From: Bacteroidales bacterium
GTDB taxonomy: Bacteria; Bacteroidota; Bacteroidia; Bacteroidales; B18-G4
Assembly (NCBI GenBank): GCA_018400295.1
Contig: JAGYMZ010000010.1
Coordinates: 4,579-68,578 of the forward strand
Length of the DNA stretch: 64,000 nucleotides
Direction: 5' to 3'
The notes under the pieces were generated by a model. The model had not been told where the DNA came from, did not search any database, and saw only the letters and a program-made list of their open reading frames with translations. Below, piece after piece: positions 59,440-64,000 of the stretch (the first letter of the stretch is position 1; every line of letters starts with the position of its first letter). The translations under genes and the position numbers were made by a program.

Positions 59440-60810
59440 ATGAAACCCAGGTGGAAACCACAACGCGTAAAGAAATCAGCAGGCATGCTTCTCATTATTG
59501 CCCTTTTTTCATACACACATGCCCATGCACAGGAAAAGATCATAGACCAGGTTGCCGCGGTGGTTGGCCAAAACATCATCCTTGAATCGGATATTGAAAA
59601 TCAGTATTATCAATACCGGATGGAGGGGGATATTTCCGGGGGTGAGGGCACGGTGAAATGCCAGATACTGGAAAGTATGCTTTTTCAAAACCTTTTATTA
59701 AACCAAGCTGAGCTTGACAGCGTCGAAATAACAGAAAGTCAGATTGAACAAACCATGGATCAGCGTTTGCGCTATTTCATTGCACAAATAGGCTCAAAGG
59801 AAGCTTTTGAGGAGTATTACGGAAAATCCATCCCTGAATTCAAGGAAGAATTCCGGGACGAGATCAAAAATCAGCTTATGATCGAATCCGTTCAGCAGGG
59901 AATAAACCAGGATGTCACCATCTCCCCTTCGGAAGTGAATAAATTTTTCAAATCCATACCCACCGACAGCCTTCCTTTGATAAACTCGGAAGTGATCATA
60001 GGACAGATCGTGAAAAAACCACCCATCAGCATACAACAAAAGCTAGCGGTTAAAGAGAAGCTCAGGAGCTTGCGGGACCGGGTCGTGAAGGGGGAAAAGT
60101 TCTCCACACTCGCCGTGTTGTATTCTGAAGATCCCGGCTCCGCCAAAAAAGGAGGCGAGCTGGGCCTTTATGGCCGTGGCGAGCTTTATCCGGAATTTGA
60201 AGCGGTCGCCTTCAAGCTGAACAAAGGCGAAGTATCCGAGATCGTGGAAACCGAAGCAGGCTTTCATATATTGCAGCTGATCGAGCGCAAAGGTGAATAT
60301 GTCAACGTAAGGCACATCCTCATCCGCCCCAAAGTCTCTCCGGAGGACCTTGATAAAGCAAGGATCACACTCGACAGTGTGGCCACACTTATCCGGAACG
60401 ACGTTCTGGATTTTGAGGAAGCGGTAACCAAATTCTCCGATGACCCCGGCAAAAACAGCGGGGGATTGCTCATTAATCCCATGACAGGAACCACCCGGTT
60501 TGAAGTCACCGAACTGGATCCCAGTGTTTCCTTCGTCATTGATAAGCTGAAGCCCGGAATGATCTCCGACCCGGTGCCAATGGAGACCGAAACGGGACAG
60601 GAAGCCTACCGTCTGTTGTACCTTAAAAAAAGGACCCTTCCACACAGGGCAAACCTCACAGAAGATTACAACCGTATCCGGGAATGGGCCCTGCAGGAGA
60701 AGCAATCAAAGGCATACAACGAATGGATCTCAAAAAAAGCAACAAACACGTACATCAAGATTGTCGACAAATATAAAGATTGCGCATTCGAGAACGACTG
60801 GAACCAGTAA
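59440..60810 (+). CDS. surA: SurA-like periplasmic chaperone/peptidylprolyl isomerase (two parvulin domains)
   Basis: The SurA N-domain reads IDQVAAVVGQNIILESDIE. The parvulin blocks are GGELGLYGRGELYPEFEAVAF...GFHILQL and RHILIRP. The start could instead be ATG 59485. Confidence 0.85.
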   Translation: MKPRWKPQRVKKSAGMLLIIALFSYTHAHAQEKIIDQVAAVVGQNIILESDIENQYYQYRMEGDISGGEGTVKCQILESMLFQNLLLNQAELDSVEITESQIEQTMDQRLRYFIAQIGSKEAFEEYYGKSIPEFKEEFRDEIKNQLMIESVQQGINQDVTISPSEVNKFFKSIPTDSLPLINSEVIIGQIVKKPPISIQQKLAVKEKLRSLRDRVVKGEKFSTLAVLYSEDPGSAKKGGELGLYGRGELYPEFEAVAFKLNKGEVSEIVETEAGFHILQLIERKGEYVNVRHILIRPKVSPEDLDKARITLDSVATLIRNDVLDFEEAVTKFSDDPGKNSGGLLINPMTGTTRFEVTELDPSVSFVIDKLKPGMISDPVPMETETGQEAYRLLYLKKRTLPHRANLTEDYNRIREWALQEKQSKAYNEWISKKATNTYIKIVDKYKDCAFENDWNQ

Positions 60811-60824
60811 CAGAAAAACAAACC

Positions 60825-61793
60825 ATGAAGTACACATCAGATGTTGAAGCGATAGATGCGTTTACAGAAAAATACATGATCCTCAGAAAAGAAATTGGAA
60901 AGGTCATCGTAGGACAGGATGAAGTGCTCCGGAATGTGATCATTTCTATTTTCAGCCGTGGGCACGGCCTCCTGGTCGGGGTTCCCGGGCTGGCAAAAAC
61001 ACTGATGGTTAACACCATAGCCCAGGCACTTGGCCTTAGTTACAGCAGGATACAATTTACGCCCGACTTAATGCCCAGCGATATAATAGGTACGGAGATC
61101 CTGGATCAAAACCGAAATTTCAAATTTATAAAGGGGCCCGTTTTTGCCAACATCATCCTGGCCGATGAGATCAACCGCACACCGCCAAAAACGCAATCTG
61201 CATTGCTGGAAGCCATGCAGGAAAAAGGAATTACAGTGGCCGGTCAGCGACACATATTAAATGAGCCTTTCTTCGTCCTTGCCACGCAAAACCCCATTGA
61301 GCAGGAAGGGACCTATCCCCTCCCTGAAGCTCAGCTCGACCGGTTTATGTTCAATATATGGTTGGATTATCCTGCGTTTGATGAAGAGATCCGTGTTGTA
61401 AAATACACCACCACTGATGAATTAAAAAAACCGGAGATCGTATTGAATGCCGAAGAGATCCTTTTTTACCAGAAACTGATACGTAAAATACCCGTCCCGG
61501 AAAATGTGTATGCATATGCGGTGAACCTGGCGGCTTCCACCAGGCCTTTCACCGCAAAAGCCCATGCCTGGGCCGATGAATACCTTACCTGGGGTGCCGG
61601 GCCCAGGGCCTCCCAGTACATGATCATAGGGGCCAAATGCCATGCTGTATTGCAGGGCAAATATTCCCCGGATATAGAAGATGTCCAGGCTGTAGCATTG
61701 CCGATCCTCAGACATCGTATCGTAAGAAATTATAAAGCAGAAGCGGACGGAATAGGTGTGCAGGAAATAATCAGCAAATTCCTGAACCCATAA
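60825..61793 (+). CDS. MoxR-family AAA+ ATPase
   Basis: The sequence VIVGQDEVL...GHGLLVGVPGLAKT is the Walker A region, ILADEINR is Walker B, and VLATQNPIEQEGTYPLPEAQLDRF is also present. ATG 60825 was chosen. Confidence 0.9.
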   Translation: MKYTSDVEAIDAFTEKYMILRKEIGKVIVGQDEVLRNVIISIFSRGHGLLVGVPGLAKTLMVNTIAQALGLSYSRIQFTPDLMPSDIIGTEILDQNRNFKFIKGPVFANIILADEINRTPPKTQSALLEAMQEKGITVAGQRHILNEPFFVLATQNPIEQEGTYPLPEAQLDRFMFNIWLDYPAFDEEIRVVKYTTTDELKKPEIVLNAEEILFYQKLIRKIPVPENVYAYAVNLAASTRPFTAKAHAWADEYLTWGAGPRASQYMIIGAKCHAVLQGKYSPDIEDVQAVALPILRHRIVRNYKAEADGIGVQEIISKFLNP

Positions 61794-61849
61794 ATGCAAT
61801 TTTCATCAAACATCCTCTTGTGCACAGGAGACAACATTCCATTCATGTC

Positions 61850-63235
61850 ATGAAAAAAAAGAAAATTATTATCGGTGTTCTATCGGCAGTAATCCTTTTC
61901 ATCGTACTGCTCATCGTTTTCACCTCAGGTCAGGAGGAAACCAAGAACCTGAAGGTTGAGGTTGAAAAAGGACAGTTCAGGATCAACGTAACCACCACCG
62001 GCGAGCTGGAAGCCAAAAAATCAGAAAAGATCTACGGCCCACGCGGCCTCAGGAATTTCCGTATCTGGGAGATCAAAATAGAAGACATTATCCCGGACGG
62101 CACCGTGGTGGATTCCGGTGATTATGTGGCCAGGCTTGATAAAACCGAGCTTACAAACAAGCTCAAGGATCAGGAAATTGACCTGGAACAGTCGGAAACA
62201 CAATACACAAAAACACGCCTGGATACTACCCTGGAATTAAGGGAAGCCCGGGACGAGCTCATTAACCTGAAATACAATCTGGAAGAAAAACAGATCGCCC
62301 TTGATCAATCGATTTACGAGCCCCCTGCCACACAAAGACAGGCGAAGATTGACCTGGAGAAAGCCCAGCGCTCATACGAAAGGGCTGTCAATAATTATAT
62401 CATCAAGAAAGAACGCGCAGAAGCCGACATGCAGGAAATATCGGCGGCCCTCCGGGAGGATCAGCAGGAATACGATCAGATCAAGGAGCTGGAAAAAGAA
62501 TTCCTGATAACCGCCCCAAAATCCGGCATGGTCATATACAGGCGCAGCTGGGACGGACAGAAACAAGGCATTGGCGCCACCGTGAGTGTGTGGGATCCGG
62601 TTGTCGCCGAACTTCCCGACCTGACGGAAATGATATCCAAGACGTATGTCAATGAGATCGACATCAGCAAGGTTAATACCGGCCAGAAGGTGGAGATTGG
62701 TGTGGATGCTTTCCCGGACATGAGCTATACGGGATCCGTGACGGAGGTAGCCAACATTGGCGAGCAACTCCGGAACTCCAATGCCAAAGTGTTTGAAGTG
62801 ATCATTGAAGTCAACGAATACGATTCCATCCTGAGGCCATCCATGACAACAAAAAACGTGATCATCACGGATATTATCGACAGTGTGTTGTATGTGCCCA
62901 TCGAATGCATTCACAGCAACGACAGCCTCACCTATGTATTCACTTCCGGAAAAAAACAGCAGGTCATTGTTGGAAAAAGCAATGAAAACGAGATCATCGT
63001 CCGGGAAGGATTGAAAGAAGGCGATGAAGTTTATTTGCTGCAGCCGGATAACCCGGAGGATTACAAACTGTCTTCCCTGGCCCCCGGGATCCTGAAAATT
63101 TATGAAGAAGAGGAAAATCAGAAAGAACTAAAAAAGCAGAAAATGCGGGACAGGCAATTACAGAATCTTAAAGGGAATACCCCGCCAAGAGGAAAAGGCC
63201 GCATCAGAACAAACAAAAATCGCAATCCTAAATAG
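61850..63235 (+). CDS. Efflux transporter periplasmic adaptor subunit (HlyD/MacA-like)
   Basis: An N-terminal anchor (MKKKKIIIGVLSAVILFIVLLIV) is followed by a long coiled-coil hairpin and beta-barrel blocks (ITAPKSGMVIY). The gene lies directly upstream of a MacB-type permease. Confidence 0.85.
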   Translation: MKKKKIIIGVLSAVILFIVLLIVFTSGQEETKNLKVEVEKGQFRINVTTTGELEAKKSEKIYGPRGLRNFRIWEIKIEDIIPDGTVVDSGDYVARLDKTELTNKLKDQEIDLEQSETQYTKTRLDTTLELREARDELINLKYNLEEKQIALDQSIYEPPATQRQAKIDLEKAQRSYERAVNNYIIKKERAEADMQEISAALREDQQEYDQIKELEKEFLITAPKSGMVIYRRSWDGQKQGIGATVSVWDPVVAELPDLTEMISKTYVNEIDISKVNTGQKVEIGVDAFPDMSYTGSVTEVANIGEQLRNSNAKVFEVIIEVNEYDSILRPSMTTKNVIITDIIDSVLYVPIECIHSNDSLTYVFTSGKKQQVIVGKSNENEIIVREGLKEGDEVYLLQPDNPEDYKLSSLAPGILKIYEEEENQKELKKQKMRDRQLQNLKGNTPPRGKGRIRTNKNRNPK

Positions 63236-63242
63236 CATCAGT

Positions 63243-64000
63243 GTGCAACGGTATTTACAAATATTCAGTATTGCCCTGGAAGCTGTATTGGCCAATAAAT
63301 TCAGGTCATTTCTCACAACACTGGGCATCATTTTCGGTGTGGCGGCGGTGATCGCCATGATGGCCATTGGCTCAGGGGCCAAAAAAGAAATCCTTGACCA
63401 GATCAAGCTCGTAGGTGTGAATAATATTATCATCACCCCGGGAGCATCGGAAGAATATGAAGAGGAGGAGGAAGCAGAAGGCAAGTCGATGAAAAAAAAG
63501 TTCTCTCCGGGATTAAGCCTTAAAGATGCGGAAGCCATCCGGAACATCCTTCCTTCGGTCAACTCTGTCAGTCCTGAGGTAACCTATGAAACTTCCATCA
63601 TCAAGGACGGTGCAAGAAAATCCGCCAAGCTTAGTGGCGTCAGACCTGAATTTTTTGACGTATACAACCTGCAGCTCAGCAATGGCATATACCTTACCGA
63701 TGAACATACGAAAAACAGTTCCGCCGTTTGCATTATTGGCCCAACCATAGAAGCCCGGTTTTTCCCCCAGGAAGATCCCATAGGCAAATACATCAAATGC
63801 GGACATATATGGCTGAAGGTGATCGGCGTATTGCAATACAGGAAAGTAACCCTGGGAGACAAACAGGATCTGGGCATCAGCGATTACAATAATAATGTTT
63901 ATGCACCCCTGGAAACGGTGCTTCTCAGGTTTAAAGACCGGTCAATCATTGATGCCAAGGCAGTTTACGGAGGTTCGGGCGGTGTCGTTTTTTCAAGAGG
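63243..64000 (+). CDS. ABC transporter permease, MacB/FtsX-like (N-terminal part; continues past the window end)
   Basis: My own translation in the frame of GTG 63243 is open to base 64000: VQRYLQIFSIALEAVLANKFRSFLTTLGIIFGVAAVIAMMAIGSGAK..., followed by a MacB-like periplasmic domain. It is absent from the ORF track because no stop falls inside the window. Confidence 0.8.
   Translation, partial: MQRYLQIFSIALEAVLANKFRSFLTTLGIIFGVAAVIAMMAIGSGAKKEILDQIKLVGVNNIIITPGASEEYEEEEEAEGKSMKKKFSPGLSLKDAEAIRNILPSVNSVSPEVTYETSIIKDGARKSAKLSGVRPEFFDVYNLQLSNGIYLTDEHTKNSSAVCIIGPTIEARFFPQEDPIGKYIKCGHIWLKVIGVLQYRKVTLGDKQDLGISDYNNNVYAPLETVLLRFKDRSIIDAKAVYGGSGGVVFSR

Noticed and set aside
1-64000. A search of the whole window for CRISPR arrays, tRNA/rRNA genes, transposases, integrases, prophage or defence-system genes, and long direct or inverted repeats.
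   Set aside because: None was recognised. Intergenic regions are short, and the only clear nucleotide-level repeat is the ~38-nt promoter cassette already reported. The window is essentially core chromosome apart from the two small islands described.

Overview
This is a dense, mostly housekeeping chromosomal segment with about 55 CDS on both strands. It looks like Bacteroidota, on four grounds. Two proteins carry T9SS C-terminal sorting domains (type A at 16851-18830, type B at 52876-54909). A DUF5686/CarboxypepD_reg outer-membrane protein is present. TAnnTTTG -7 promoter boxes occur. Shine-Dalgarno sequences are almost entirely absent. Core genes I recognise from motifs are ftsH, secA, priA, pyrH, frr, pyrE, coaD, birA, rsfS, psd, cdsA, pfkA, guaB, glyA, ppk1, SurA/PpiC-type isomerases, moxR and a MacAB-like efflux adaptor with its permease. 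There is also a molybdenum-cofactor block (moeA-moaA-moaC plus a MOSC-Mog fusion) and a two-gene carotenoid unit (crtI-crtB). I found no rRNA, tRNA, CRISPR array, transposase, integrase or phage genes. Two short islands look accessory and are the best candidates for something undescribed. (1) At 26.4-29.4 kb, a 396-nt noncoding gap precedes two paralogous small secreted Cys-containing proteins, a strong hairpin, and a 598-aa secreted protein with a thioredoxin-like CSRC N-domain. (2) At 45.6-48.6 kb, next to the Moco genes, sits a DUF5320-type protein, two small Cys-rich or zinc-ribbon proteins, a DUF364-like protein and a single-Cys FAD-dependent disulfide-reductase/NADH-oxidase-like enzyme. 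This second island is driven by two copies of a near-identical promoter. Each copy holds the same 14-16 bp palindrome (ATGAACATATGTTCAT) between the -33 and -7 elements. An aspartate ammonia-lyase fused to a cNMP-binding-like domain is also notable. All family assignments come from reading motifs by eye, because no database search was possible. Most alternative start codons are unresolved.
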